A stretch of DNA of 63,444 nucleotides, counting the filler, from Octopus bimaculoides (Eukaryota), in NCBI RefSeq assembly GCF_001194135.2. It is 10 parts of 9 records of this genome, joined end to end, with 100 filler letters (N's around TTAATTAATTAA, not from the genome) between each part and the next. Parts side by side here need not be neighbours in the genome. Positions count along the whole stretch, not along the records: positions 15,972 to 27,591 come from NC_068985.1; positions 27,692 to 49,006 come from NC_069002.1; 8 more parts are not named here. One strand, given 5' to 3'. Shown piece by piece: positions 23,111 to 37,460 of this stretch. The notes below the pieces were generated by a model. The model was given only the letters and a program-made list of their open reading frames with translations. It was not told where the DNA came from and searched no databases. Numbering within the stretch: the stretch's first letter is position 1; every line of letters begins with the position of its first letter. A program made the translations under genes and the position numbers.

Positions 23111-26100
23111 GGTCCTGGTACTTTGCTATTTTCTCTGTACCAACCATATTGATTCTTGGGACTGTAAACCCAATTATTTGGCTCTTCGTGGTTTGCAAAC
23201 ACATGGAGTAGGTGCGGTTTCCTCTTTATATATAGGTAATGGATCTACGTATAGTTCTTCACAAATATAGCAGAATATATATGTACACATGTGTGTGTAT
23301 CTGCGAATATATAAAACACGCGAGAATGCGCATAAATCGACACACGTACATTGGCCTTAAACAGGTATTTGAGGTTTAATGTATTGTCAGTTATGGGATA
23401 TATGAGTTTTCTCATAGCGAACTCGAAAGTGCTTGCGCTAGCAAGTAATTGCTTGAAATTTGCGGGAGCCGTTCTGTTGCAACTCATGCTGGAGATTGTG
23501 ATGTTAAAATGATCATATGCGGTTTGTCGCATCTAAATTGAAACAATTTTGCAATTAAGTCGTGATATATTTAGGTAGAGGACATTTTAAATTGTTTTAT
23601 TTTGTACGCTTTCAGAAAAGTTCCATGTGTTTATTAATGCAGTTATTATTTTCGCACGTAGTTTCATTTGCATTACTTTTACTTTCAAATCCCATCTTGT
23701 TTGTTACTATTTCGAGGTCGTTGCATCTTCATAGGTTGCCAAAATCTTCCAGGCGATATTTGCCAAGAAAAGAATCAATATGTTTATCATGGTGCACATT
23801 TCTTCCTTTCCGTTTTCAATTATGTTATAAGGGTGTTTCTCTTTGATCTTCGTTTCAGTTTGGCTAGGCATATCCGAGAGCATCTTAGCTTCGTCATTAT
23901 CACATACCGGATTTGGTTCGTGTTCATAACACTTGATTAGTGAGGGAGTAAGCAGATAGACTAGCAATATATGTTATGGCGGAAATACTAGCGGTAAAAA
24001 TGGATCTCCGATAATTTATTAGACAGTAAACATGAAGCATGAGATGCGGGTGTGCCTTTCCTCTAATTTAGAACAGAGCAATTAATGCCGAGAACGATTG
24101 TTACGTTGTGGCTGGAGCAATGAATTTGGTAGGAGTTCGAAGAAAAACATCGCCGTTTAAACGTGCATAACTTTCCAGAGCTCCGGTAGGTGAGTTAGAT
24201 CTTATCATTACAGATTCACAATTATATTTACCTGGATTGTTGAAACACAGATAAATATCTCTGTATGCTCTGTTTACATTACGATCGCAATAAGAAATAC
24301 AACTTCTTTCCTAGTTCTCTATAGATTCCTTCGAAACGCAGGGTAAAACAAATAGGATTCAGCAGGTATCTACAAGCAGTTGTGGTTATCCATATCAGGA
24401 AGGCACAAACTCTATAGAATTATATTTTAGATATATGTGGCCACTTCTTATAGACTCTCGAAACGCCGGCTAGTTAAGGTTTTGGGGTTTAACATTGCAT
24501 ACATCATCATATTTGAACCATTCTGTTAATGCAGCTGATTAAATTTAGTGGTAATTTATGTGTTTGTTGAGGAAAATTGTGAACGAACCGATAATTTGGG
24601 ACTGAAAGGTAAAATTAATACAAGAATGGTAGGAGAATTATCTGTTTAATTTTATGGCATTAATTGGAAGCTAAAATATTTTTTCAAAAATTGACATTCT
24701 CCTATCAGATGAGGATGACATGAAGTCTCAGTAGGAATCGTGCTCGAAAGTCTTGCGTGAGGTGACGTTTGGGATAAAGCATTACATGTAAAAAATCATT
24801 GTTGAAAGCGTTTCCCCACCACTACGTATTTTGTTAGTTACTTGCACACTCAACAATGAAACATTGAACATTTCTCGTACAACTCCATCGGTTTTATCAC
24901 GAAGACTATCTCCTCATATCACACGCCCACTGTACTTCGTAACTGACATTTATATTGCTGGCTTTGGCAGTTCTCAACTCATCCGAGATGATGTTAAACG
25001 CAATTGGTGAACAAGTTGATGTGAGGGAGAAAAAAAAGGCTTTCAACAGTCAAAGTATTAATTAGCTGGGTGCCGGAAAAAAAAAATTATCCGTAGCCAT
25101 AGCACACCTAAATTGGCATTCATCAAGCCTCTGACGATGCCTTTTCTCGACGGTTTAACAAATTTGATTGCAGGAGGTACGTCATCCACTTGGATCTGGA
25201 GCGAGCAATTTGAGGTGTTTTAAAGGAATATTGCATATCCCCAGAGTGATAGCAAACTCATTTTTATGTCGTTTACTTCTGCAGCGAGTTCCCTGTAGAA
25301 GACAATACGGGGGAGACGGATGGAGGCATCCTGATGAGATGAATAGTTCACTAAGTCGATGCTTGATAGTAAGGGATTCAATGCTGTGAGAGTTGTAGCG
25401 TTTCAAGGTGTTACGATGTGGAACCAAGGGGTAGATTGGAGACACCTAGACAAAAGATTTAAGAATATTGATGCACTTGAAGTAAACCACCAGGCTTTCT
25501 ACATCACATAAAAGTCCATGCATTACAGAAGACTTTACATAGAGACATCTAACCCATCAGGTCAGATTTCATGTACAGATGAGTTATTTCATTTGAATCT
25601 CATCCCTCCTTTTTCACCGGCAATTTCGCTTTCTCACGGATCTTTGCTTCTCTCTTTCCTACTTTGAGGAAGTTCTAACATGCAAAATATTAAGGCATTT
25701 CTCTTTCCGCGAACGTGTTTAGATAATAATCCATTTTTAACAATTCGCAATTCACTATTGACTTCGTAACACGTATAGCATGTCCAGTATCATATTAATA
25801 CAGACACACACAGACACACAAACACACACAGACGCGCGCACATGCACACATACACACACATCCATAAAATGATGTACATTGCTTGTCACAATGCGTTATT
25901 GTAAAATTAGAAGGATACTAGCATACACATTTCAAGATAGAAAATTCACGAGTGTAATATGATAACAGCTAGGCCACGCGCCTCCACACACACGCACCTA
26001 CACTCACACACACACAAGAATGTATGTTTGGGTTTGTGTGTGTATGTGCATTCGTATGTGTGTGCGTGAGTGTGTGTATGTGAGTCCACAAGTATATATG

Positions 26101-26889
26101 TGTTTGTATGGGTATGTGCATGCATGTGTGTGCCTCTGTGTGTGTGTGTGTGTGTGTGCGCGTGTGTTTGTGGAGGAAAGACGCTTAAAGTGCAGCACTC
26201 CTTATCGTATAACTGTGGGTTCAAATCATCAACCAGAAGTTATGATTGTTTCTTGAGCAGTACATTTACTTCACGTTTTTTTTATTACCCTCAGCTTCCA
26301 AAAGTGAATAATCCTACACCCGTCCGGCTCTTCGTCGGGTGGGTTGTGGGTACTGGGAAAGTAGCTTTACGGACCTGGGGAAGGAACATTGAACCTTTGT
26401 TGATACATGTTAGTGTGTGTGTGTACATGTATGTGTGCACAAATCTCATTATACTTCTCTAATACAAGTATATTATTTCATTAACTTTCTCTTATTTGTG
26501 AAAAGCCTATTGTAACTATCCAATGTATAATAAAAAAGACAAAAGGTTTCATACTTTTTACATAAGAATTTATTAAATATTTGGTTGTCTATATCTTGTA
26601 TATCTTAACTGGTATTATTATTATTCTCTTTATCTTGTTCGTCGAAAACATGTTAATAATTTCAATTGAAAACGTTATTACCCGGTTACAGAAATATAAT
26701 ACTTTAAAATTAGAATTATAACAGCAATGCTAGTAACTAATACACTATTTCATATTTCGCCTATTCACTTTACAAACAATTGCAATCATTTCTAATTCCA
26801 TATTCAATAATTGTTATTTTTCTTGTATTATATTACGTTTAACATAAATTTGCATACTACAATTGAACTATAGGAAATATGCTACCCTT

Positions 26890-26932
<43 letters not shown>

Positions 26933-27384
26933 GTATCATTATTGTTATTTATTCCTCTTTCATAAAATTCAATATGAAACAGGCAAAAAAGCGACAATAA
27001 ATGGAAGGGATATGAATTGCAATTACAGAAATAAAAAGAACTGAATACAGAAAATGGCGTCATGTAAAAGAGTAAAATAACATTATTTTTTGCCCTATAA
27101 TTACATTTCATATCACGAATCCTCTGGAGAAAATTAATGTGAGAAATTAATTAAATAAACGTAGCATGTATGAACCTGAAATATAAAGATTTATAACGGC
27201 ATAATAATTTCAATTAAGGTGAATGTTTATTTGAGAAATACTGTTTGCTAAAGTTATTTCGAATTTTTTAAAATAAATTTTGACGTTAAACTAATTTTTG
27301 ATACAATAATCTCTAATTTATATATAAAACACGGATATTTTAACAGAGTTATATTCATGAGATGTTAAAATAACACGTAACTGA

Positions 27385-27432
<48 letters not shown>

Positions 27433-27502
27433 CATCTATCGCTCTCTCTCTCTCTCCTTTTCTTTATCTCTCTCTCTCACTCTCTCTCTGTCTCTGTCTC
27501 TA

Positions 27503-27591
<89 letters not shown>
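27385..27591. repeat. Compound microsatellite (ATCT)n-(CT)n-(TA)n
   Basis: Direct reading. Confidence 0.95.
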
Positions 27592-27704
27592 NNNNNNNNN
27601 NNNNNNNNNNNNNNNNNNNNNNNNNNNNNNNNNNNTTAATTAATTAANNNNNNNNNNNNNNNNNNNNNNNNNNNNNNNNNNNNNNNNNNNNATATATATA
27701 TATA

Positions 27705-27840
27705 TAGGCACAGCGAGGTTGTATAGTAAAAAGCTTGCTTCCCAACCATGTGGTTCTGGGTTCAGTCCCGCTGCATGGCACTTTGGGCAAATATCTTCTT
27801 CTATAGCCTCAGGCTGACCAAAATCTTGTGAATGGATTTG
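27705..27840 (+). mobile_element. SINE family B, tRNA-like head only
   Basis: ggcacagcgaggttgtatagtaaaaagcttgcttcccaaccatgtggttctgggttcagtcccgctgc...ctatagcctcaggctgacc. Confidence 0.8.
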
Positions 27841-29261
27841 GTGTGTGTGTGTGTGTGTAATATGTAGATAGGGTTACAATCGAACATATGTCCTCTTGAA
27901 GCACATCTGCTTATTCCAGTATTCCAAATCCGTATGTAGGTGATATATTTATGTGAAGTATGCATAAGATTTGAAAATACTGGAAAATACTTTTGCAGAG
28001 TAATTACATATCAAAACAGGGGATTGGAAAAACAATATTAATACCAAAATTTTTTTCAAAATTCCTCTTTTGATACACACACCCACACCCACACACACAA
28101 ACTTACTTACATACATACAAACATACATACATATATACATACATATATCATATATATGTATGTATATGTGTGTATGTATGATGTATGTTTATATATACAT
28201 ATATACATATGTGTGTAAGTTGTCTAAAAGTCCATAAGTCAGGAAAAGATGCACTCATATATCTGCCAATAGAGTGGATATATTATCTGAAGTGTACAGC
28301 ATGATGTATCTCCAATACAACCAAAACTGACTGGTAAGATCGGCCATATTGGACATATAATACTGCAGACTTCAGATAATATACACTTCGGATAAGATAC
28401 TTGTAACATATATACTAATATACATTATTTGTACTCATATTTGTATATGTACATACATATCTATATACACACATGCACAATTCTACAACTTCACACCAAA
28501 CATGAATTTCCAATACTCCCCCCTCTCCTCCCCATCATCACTAAATATGTAAATATTTATAAAAATTTTCATTTGTTGACATTTTAAAATTTGTTTTATG
28601 TCCAATCTTTGAAAATCAAAGAACAGTTTTTTTTTACAAAAAATATATTCTTGCTGTCATTGTATGGTTGTTTTTTTTTTTTTTCTTTCATCAACCTTTA
28701 TAGAACTGCTGCTGTTACTGCTGCTGCTGCTGCTGCTGCTAAAACAAAAATTGTTATTATTGTTGTTATTGTTATTTTATTTATTTATATGAAAATGCAA
28801 TGAATTTGCTTCTTTTTTTATAGGGTTTTCTAATATATATTTTAATGTTCGTTTAATCCCTATTGCTATTAATATTTTCTGCAAGATGTCAACAGTGGCA
28901 GCTCTAATCATGTGTCACCATTCAATGGATTAATTAATGAGATTTGTCTAATTTCATTGCTTCAAAACTTTGCATATTGATTATTTTTCCAGGCAAGATT
29001 TGCTGCATTAAATTTTAGTTCCCATTTCGTGGTTGTGAGGAACCATTTAGGTCCCAAGTCTTCAGTAGTAGCCACCAGTTGATGGCTTTATTCCATGGTC
29101 TCATTACTAGACAATGGCTCCTGGATTAAAGCCTTCAGTTCACACTCTGATATTAAACTTTAATTTGATATGGGATGTGGTACAGGAATGAATGGATGTT
29201 GTCCAGTTTGGCACTACCATTTAGTGTATAAAGTAATTCAAATTATTCATAGAAGGTGGCA

Positions 29262-29430
29262 AGCTAGTAAAATTGTTAACAAGATGGTCAAAAATGGTTA
29301 GCAGTATTTCTTCTGGCTTTTTATGTTCTGAGTTTGAATGCTGCTGAGGTTCACGTTTCCTTTCATCCTTTTGGGGTCAATAAAACAAGTACCAGTTGAT
29401 TACTTGTTTTTTTAATGTAATTAATTAGCC
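29262..29430 (+). mobile_element. SINE family A, diverged
   Basis: gttctgagtttgaatgctgctgaggttc...tttcatcctttttggggtcaataaaacaagtaccagt. Confidence 0.75.
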
Positions 29431-30559
29431 CCTTCATTCAAAATTACTGTTAGATCTTTTTTTCCAAAAATGTTATTTTTGATTTGTAAAAACTTCCATC
29501 AGTTTATTTTGTTTGGATTTTAAATCATTGGGATTTTCTTTTGAAAAGAAAAATTAATCTGAAGGAAGTTTTAGATGTTAACCCAGTTATTTAATCTTTT
29601 CTTTTCTTGTAAAGTTAAACCAGAATCTAACTTTAACCAACACCAGAAGTTTGTGGTGAGAAGTGTGGAACATGTGATAAACATACAGCAAGTTGACTAA
29701 CATGATGCTGGTTCAATTCTTAGTTGCAGCAATTTTACTTCTTTTTCATATTCTACTGATGCTCTTTTGAAAGACATGGATGTCACAAAATTCTTTTTTT
29801 CTTCTTTCCTTGAAATATCAGGCTTTTGAATAAAATAAAACAGAAAGCAATCGATCCTGGTATATTACAGGTAATCATACATGTGGTTAGGGTAATCTAG
29901 AACTTTTTTTTTATCTAATGACAGAAGTCCCTCATTGCCAATTAAGGCCTTCAGTTGATGGTGGATACATGTGATATATGTATATAATATATGATAGATG
30001 TGATATATATATATATATATATATATATGTGATAGATATAATAGATGTGACAGATGTATGTCGAATAAGGTCATCAAGAATTGACTGTTTGCTGTTGTCG
30101 TGCATCCAACATCAGACACAATCTTTAATCAGAGCTTGAACCAATTTTACAGTAAAATATTCTGAGACGATTGATGAAACTCTGGTCTGAGGTTGAACAT
30201 TTCCCAGATTGATTTGGTTCATAATTTGATAGAATTCTGGTCTAAGACTGAATAATTCTCAAATTGATTCGGTATCAATTCCTGAAAGATGAACTTTGTT
30301 CTGAGCTTAAGCATTGATCTGATACCTGTTTCTCAGAGCCAAGTCTACTGAGACAAGGCAGAACACAATATTTGACCCAGAAACACAGAACAACAGAAAC
30401 TTTATATTTTGAATTTATGAGTGATGAGGCACTTAATCTTATATTTTATTCACTCAAATATCTTTATTCTTCAGCAGGTCATTTTAAGGTTGTTGTTTCA
30501 ATCAATCATTGACAACATGTGGCCTGCAAAAGTTTGTGAATGGCTTACCTAATGGTGAG

Positions 30560-30605
30560 CCATGACTCATGTGGCCCACTTCTTGAAAAAGGTTGCCCAT
30601 ACCTG
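30560..30605 (-). mobile_element. hAT-type terminal sequence relic
   Basis: Minus strand CAGGTATGGGCAACCTTTTT...GGGCCACAT is typical of hAT MITE ends; partner end not found. Confidence 0.4.
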
Positions 30606-31764
30606 ATTTAGATCAAAGTCAACCCTGATTCAACTGAATTATTTTTCAAATATCTTTTTAAGGTTATCTTGTTGAGACATTTTACTGAGTGTGCCTTCAA
30701 ATTGAAACAATTGAATATGATAGGATGTTTTCATTGATTATTGATCTAGGATGGATCAATAAACATAGTTAGATGTATTTTTTTAATTGAGCAAAATACA
30801 AAGGAGAGAGAGAGAGAGAGAGAGAAAATGAAAATGAGGGAGAGAGAAAGAACAATGAGAAATAATTTTAAAAAATACCCAACAAGACCATGTTTTCACT
30901 GCCTGTGTTCCCATTTAGACTTTTGAAAGTACAGGTTTTATCTATTAATTTCTCATAATGTCTCGCATGATAAATTATTGTTGTTATTACAGATGCCTGA
31001 TCTATTGTTACTGGCTGTAATCATCCAATCTTGTTCACTTGAACTTTAATTATTTTTTTTTTGTATTCAAACAGTGTATCTAGGACATCAATCAATGTGT
31101 CTTTTTTGTTTTGTTTTTTAAACGATTAGGCAGTGTGTGTGTGTGGTTTGAGGGAGACATGGCTGCTAGTTTTAGCAGATCAAGCAATGTTTTACATGGT
31201 CTGTCATTGAGACTTATTGAAATGTTTCCTCCATGTTTTATCAGAAAAATATCTGTGACCTGACTATCCAAAAGGTGAAGGTTAATAGATGTAATTGCCA
31301 GGAGTGATGTGATACAAAATAGATCCAAAGACCAAGTCTTCAACAATCATGATATAACTCATTTCAATGAGAGCCTTTATTTTAACTATTAGAAATGGCC
31401 ATTCAAAACTACCATCACCACCACCCCATCATCCTCATCATGATCATCATCATCATCATCATCACAAGCATGTGCAGCATTTAATTACTTTTAATATTTT
31501 TTTTTAACCCGTCAGCATTTAAAACAGCCATATCTGGCTTAAATTTTCAATTTGTTCTATGTTCAAACTGGCCAGATCTGACTTCTCACACCTGCCCTGC
31601 AATAGCATTATAAAAATAAACAACCACAATATCAAAATCTTAAAACTACAACAGAATACACATTTAACAATTAACTCAAAATAATGTTAATAAATGAGCA
31701 TTATGATTGACAGAGAAATCTAAATGTTAAAGGGTTGATATTTTCACCTATACTTAGGGCAGTT

Positions 31765-31925
31765 GGCTGACAAAATCATTAGAGCATCATACAAAATGCT
31801 TTGTAAGATTTAACTAGTGCCATTTCCATTCTGAGTTCAAGTCCCATCAAAGTCATCCTTTTGAAATCAATAAAATAAAATATCAATAATCGGGGCTCGA
31901 AGTAATCAACATTGTTCTCCTTACA
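31765..31925 (+). mobile_element. SINE family A, highly diverged
   Basis: cattctgagttcaagtcccatcaaagtcatccttttgaaatcaataaaataa. Confidence 0.55.
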
Positions 31926-33056
31926 TGAGTATATCTCCCCACCACCACCACCACAACTCTAGTGTTAGAAATCAATATTTTTATTTGATATTTCACTCTG
32001 AACATTCTCAGCTATCCCCTGTGTAATGATGTTACCTTCCACATGCAGCTATTTTCCCCTCACAACATCAGATACTCTCAATACTAAAATTGTTTTTACA
32101 ACTTGCTTCCCTTAAAACTCTGAACATATACCCCACCCCTCTTTCACACATCTAATGATCCAGAGTATAGAGGAATACATTACAGTTGGGGGTGACGTGT
32201 CCTCTTTTTTTTTTTTAGGATAGTCATAAAGAACCTAGATTAGTTATTTATTTTGTTATATCTGTGAGGGAGACAACAGTTCCCACATGTTTCTAACTGT
32301 TAGATCCCAGATGCTCCACCAGACCAAGAATGAGTGGGTCAAAAGGGTGCCATGACTCTCTGGTCACAACAATATTCACACTTAAAACCATGGCACCAAC
32401 TGCCAACAAAATCTTACTTTCAGCTCATGATGGCTGTTATTGTTGTTGTTATTGTTATTATTGTTGTTGTTGATAACTGACAGCTACCATCCTTAGACTT
32501 TCCCCCAGGTTATCAACACCAATTACATAAATAAAAGCCAAATGAATTTTTTTTTAATTTTGGACAAATTGTTTTTAAAAAGTTGTTGACAGTTTTCAGT
32601 TTGTCCTGGAATGTTTGATTTATTCAAAATTATTGGATTTAAACCATTCAGAAGTGAGTTCCAGCTAAGCTTCAGACAAAAAACTATCCCAAAACAAAAT
32701 AAACAAACACAAAACAAAAAAAATTCTATTCTTACATTTTTTTTATATTTATTAAAATGTTTTTGTATCTTTTCGTTTTTACTGTGACATTTTTATATTT
32801 TTAATTATATGTTTTTCTGGAAAAAAATATTGTACTAATTTACATGATTAATTACTCAATGATTTTTTTTTTTTCAGCCAAAAATCTGTTTTCCAATGTT
32901 CGTTGCAGTTCTTTGCCAGGCATATTTTATACCTAGTTTTTGGTTTGAAGTTAAAACAACATAAATATATATTTAAAAAAAAAACAGATGTATGATCAGT
33001 GGCTTACCCCTTGATAAAATGTGACCCTACATGTAAAACTGTGAACTACATGTATG

Positions 33057-33155
33057 CATGCATACATACATACATACATACATACATACATACATACATA
33101 CATACATACATGCATACATACATACATACATACATACATACATACATACATACAT
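33057..33155. repeat. (CATA)n microsatellite
   Basis: Direct reading. Confidence 0.97.
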
Positions 33156-34249
33156 AGAGTTACTCTATCCAAATTACAAGATCAGGTTGATACCACTAAT
33201 TATTGAGACATTGAGATATGTAACATGCTGCCTAAATACCAATCTTTAGGAATTAGGCTTTTCAAAGCCAGAAAGGAGAAAGCTAATTTGAAGACTACAG
33301 ATCCAATCCATCACTGGAACTGTAAAAATCTGTAAAACTTTCCAGAAGTATATGATTTACATATATATATATATGAGCATGTCTAGATATGCAACTATAT
33401 GCATGGGANNNNNNNNNNNNNNNNNNNNNNNNNNNNNNNNNNNNNNNNNNNNNNNNNNNNNNNNNNNNNNNNNNNNNNNNNNNNNNNNNNNNNNNNNNNN
33501 NNNNNNNNNNNNNNNNNNNNNNNNNNNNNNNNNNNNNNNNNNNNNNNNNNNNNNNNNNNNNNNNNNNNNNNNNNNNNNNNNNNNNNNNNNNNNNNNNNNN
33601 NNNNNNNNNNNNNNNNNNNNNNNNNNNNNNNNNNNNNNNNNNNNNNNNNNNNNNNNNNNNNNNNNNNNNNNNNNNNNNNNNNNNNNNNNNNNNNNNNNNN
33701 NNNNNNNNNNNNNNNNNNNNNNNNNNNNNNNNNNNNNNNNNNNNNNNNNNNNNNNNNNNNNNNNNNNNNNNNNNNNNNNNNNNNNNNNNNNNNNNNNNNN
33801 NNNNNNNNNNNNNNNNNNNNNNNNNNNNNNNNNNNNNNNNNNNNNNNNNNNNNNNNNNNNNNNNNNNNNNNNNNNNNNNNNNNNNNNNNNNNNNNNNNNN
33901 NNNNNNNNNNNNNNNNNNNNNNNNNNNNNNNNNNNNNNNNNNNNNNNNNNNNNNNNNNNNNNNNNNNNNNNNNNNNNNNNNNNNNNNNNNNNNNNNNNNN
34001 NNNNNNNNNNNNNNNNNNNNNNNNNNNNNNNNNNNNNNNNNNNNNNNNNNNNNNNNNNNNNNNNNNNNNNNNNNNNNNNNNNNNNNNNNNNNNNNNNNNN
34101 NNNNNNNNNNNNNNNNNNNNNNNNNNNNNNNNNNNNNNNNNNNNNNNNNNNNNNNNNNNNNNNNNNNNNNNNNNNNNNNNNNNNNNNNNNNNNNNNNNNN
34201 NNNNNNNNNNNNNNNNNNNNNNNNNNNNNNNNNNNNNNNNNNNNNNNNA

Positions 34250-34560
34250 TCATCATCATCATTAAAATGTTTTCTGTGCTAGCAATGAACTGGATGGTTA
34301 GAAATGGTACTGACAAGTCAGAAGACTGCACCAGGTTCTTCTCTCTGCCTTGATATTATTTCTATGGCTGGCTGAATGCCCTTCCTAATGTAGTGGGTGC
34401 TTCTTATGTGACACCAGCAGTGGTGAGGTCACCAAATAATTTACAAGACAAGACCCCCTCAACTGAGAGGAGGGAGTAGTATTGAGGGAAGTGGCTTTGT
34501 GCCTGGTAAACAGAGGGACAAGAATAGGTCCCTTGTTGTAGAGGAGTTACATGAGTTCTG
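34250..34560 (-). mobile_element. RTE-tail-related retroposon relic with (ATG)n tail
   Basis: atcatcatcatt...ggctggctgaatgcccttcctaa resembles the RTE 3' tail at 36241-36420 and 38700-38865. Confidence 0.55.
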
Positions 34561-34653
34561 CATTCGAAAGAGAGAAAAAGAATGAGAGAGAGACAGATGT
34601 AAAGATGCAACAGAGGCTACATTCAGTTATAGAGTGGTATATATTTAAATATT

Positions 34654-34754
<101 letters not shown>

Positions 34755-35448
34755 NNNNNNNNNNNNNNNNNNNNNNNNNNNNNNNNNNNNNNNNNNNNNN
34801 NNNNNNNNNNNNNNNNNNNNNNNNNNNNNNNNNNNNNNNNNNNNNNNNNNNNNNNNNNNNNNNNNNNNNNNNNNNNNNNNNNNNNNNNNNNNNNNNNNNN
34901 NNNNNNNNNNNNNNNNNNNNNNNNNNNNNNNNNNNNNNNNNNNNNNNNNNNNNNNNNNNNNNNNNNNNNNNNNNNNNNNNNNNNNNNNNNNNNNNNNNNN
35001 NNNNNNNNNNNNNNNNNNNNNNNNNNNNNNNNNNNNNNNNNNNNNNNNNNNNNNNNNNNNNNNNNNNNNNNNNNNNNNNNNNNNNNNNNNNNNNNNNNNN
35101 NNNNNNNNNNNNNNNNNNNNNNNNNNNNNNNNNNNNNNNNNNNNNNNNNNNNNNNNNNNNNNNNNNNNNNNNNNNNNNNNNNNNNNNNNNNNNNNNNNNN
35201 NNNNNNNNNNNNNNNNNNNNNNNNNNNNNNNNNNNNNNNNNNNNNNNNNNNNNNNNNNNNNNNNNNNNNNNNNNNNNNNNNNNNNNNNNNNNNNNNNNNN
35301 NNNNNNNNNNNNNNNNNNNNNNNNNNNNNNNNNNNNNNNNNNNNNNNNNNNNNNNNNNNNNNNNNNNNNNNNNNNNNNNNNNNNNNNNNNNNNNNNNNNN
35401 NNNNNNNNNNNNNNNNNNNNNNNNNNNNNNNNNNNNNNNNNNNNNNNN

Positions 35449-35542
<94 letters not shown>

Positions 35543-35575
35543 TTCACCATTTAACGTCCATGTTCCATGATGGCA
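35449..35575 (-). repeat. Long (CAT)n run plus RTE 3'-terminal residue
   Basis: (atc)n followed by atttaacgtccatgttccatg, the reverse complement of the RTE end. Confidence 0.8.
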
Positions 35576-36109
35576 AAATGTATGTATGTATGTATGTATG
35601 GAAGATCCCTCATCATTTGACAATAAGGATTCAGTTGTTTGATCAACTGAGTTATCTTCTTCTGAATCAATAAATGGCTGAGTGTCCCTGGGCACATTCC
35701 ATACAGAATCAATGTAGCTAGGTTGCACAACATTAATTCCAGATACAATCCATGAGGTTGCACATAATTAATTCTGGTTACAATCCACCTAGCAAGCTTC
35801 AGTACAGTTTTTAAGGTATCATGTATCAGTATATCTAGAAGTGACTTATTCCTATATACATATTGACTTCTCATATTTGAAGAAGTGATTTTAAGGAGAT
35901 TTGGTTGTTATTTCTAGCAGCCATCTTTTCATGTCGCTCTCCAGATATCAGGTTAAATAATTTGACCTTTAATTCCACTAAAGTGCATAGTAAGCAACTG
36001 AATGTCCAATATTGACCTCTCTACTCTCACTTGTACAATTCAGTTACTTCTCTCCTCCTCGTTTCCATAGTAACATACATTAATTGACTTAATTGCAACT
36101 GATGCCTGC

Positions 36110-36154
<45 letters not shown>

Positions 36155-36240
36155 TGTGTGTGTACATACATATACATACATACATACACAAGTAGATCTG
36201 CTTAAACAAACAGCAGCACATATGTGTGTGTGAGTGTGTA

Positions 36241-36860
36241 TATCATCATCATCATCCTCATCATCATCATCATTGTTTAATGTTCGCTTTCCATGCTGGC
36301 ATGGGTTGGACAGTTTGACTGAGTACTGGTGAGCCAGAGGCTGCACCAAGCTCAATCTGATCTGGCACAGTTTCAACAGCTAGATGCCCTTCGTAACACC
36401 AACCACTCCGAGAGTGTGGTGGGTGCTTTTACGTGCCACTGGCATGTAGCTCAATCAGGCAGTTCTGGCAACGACCATGCTCAAAAGATGTTTTTCACGT
36501 GCCACCAGCACATGTACCGGTAAGGCGACACTGGCAACGATCACACTTGAATGAGGTTTTTCATGTGTCACCAGTACGGGAGCCAATCCATGGCCCTGGT
36601 AACGATCACGCTTGGATGTGCTTTTAACGTTCCACTGGCACGAGTGCCAATCAGGCGGTACTGACATTGGCCACATCAGGGATTTTGATTCGTTTACACT
36701 TGCCTCAATAGGTCTTCGCAAGAAAAGTTCATTGTCCAATGAATGAGGAGTACTCATAAGTGGGCCGGTTACACCCCACGTTCGGATGTGCTTGCAATGT
36801 TCCACTGGCACAAGTGCCAATCAAGCGGTACTGTCATCGGCCACATCAGCGACTTAGAAT
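36241..36860 (-). mobile_element. RTE-type 3' UTR/tail with ~62-bp internal minisatellite
   Basis: Reverse complement of the 38700-38865 tail, plus tandem GTGCCACnGGCAC units. Confidence 0.82.
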
Positions 36861-37460
36861 ATATATAAATATTTATATATATGAAATGATTATTTTGCTT
36901 AGACAGAGTGATACTAATAACCAGTTGCTAGAGCTCAATTTACTTGTGTTTAGAAAATAGCATTAAGAGAGCACAGAGTGTAATATTAGTTAATGAATGA
37001 CAAGAGAACAGGAATCATGTTATCACCTTCGATAGCTTACAGCTGTTTCTGCTGCAAGGAGCAATACACTAAGAGCTGACTACCTGTGAAGCGTCCCTAT
37101 TACTTCCTTTGACTTCATTAAAATGTAGTGAATGCTTATTTTAGAATCCATTTGAATACAAAAATATATATATTGATAGTTAATATACAAGTGGCACCAG
37201 CATGTTAAAAATAACAGTCAGAAGATGACTACAACCACAAATTTTTCACTGATACACATTAATTGAAATCAGGAGAATGAGCAGAAATTTTAAGCCCCGT
37301 ACTAATAACATATAAATATATATATATATATAAAATGAAGTGCATACTTATTTTAGAATGCATTTGAATACACATACACACATATATACAACATATATAT
37401 ATATATATATACGCACACATACATGCATACACACATACACGCATATATACGTATGTATTA

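Noticed and set aside
24320-24470. Two similar TATAGA..CTCGAAACGC words
   Set aside because: Too short and degenerate; no hammerhead core could be assembled.
30150-30320. Weak ~56-bp tandem repeat, possibly coding
   Set aside because: Stops in all frames and only two to three decayed units.
35590-35874. Coding-looking minus-strand frames (SYIDSVWNVPRD...; 107-aa ORF)
   Set aside because: Contains a 35-bp tandem duplication that is not a multiple of three; no splice signals or homology.
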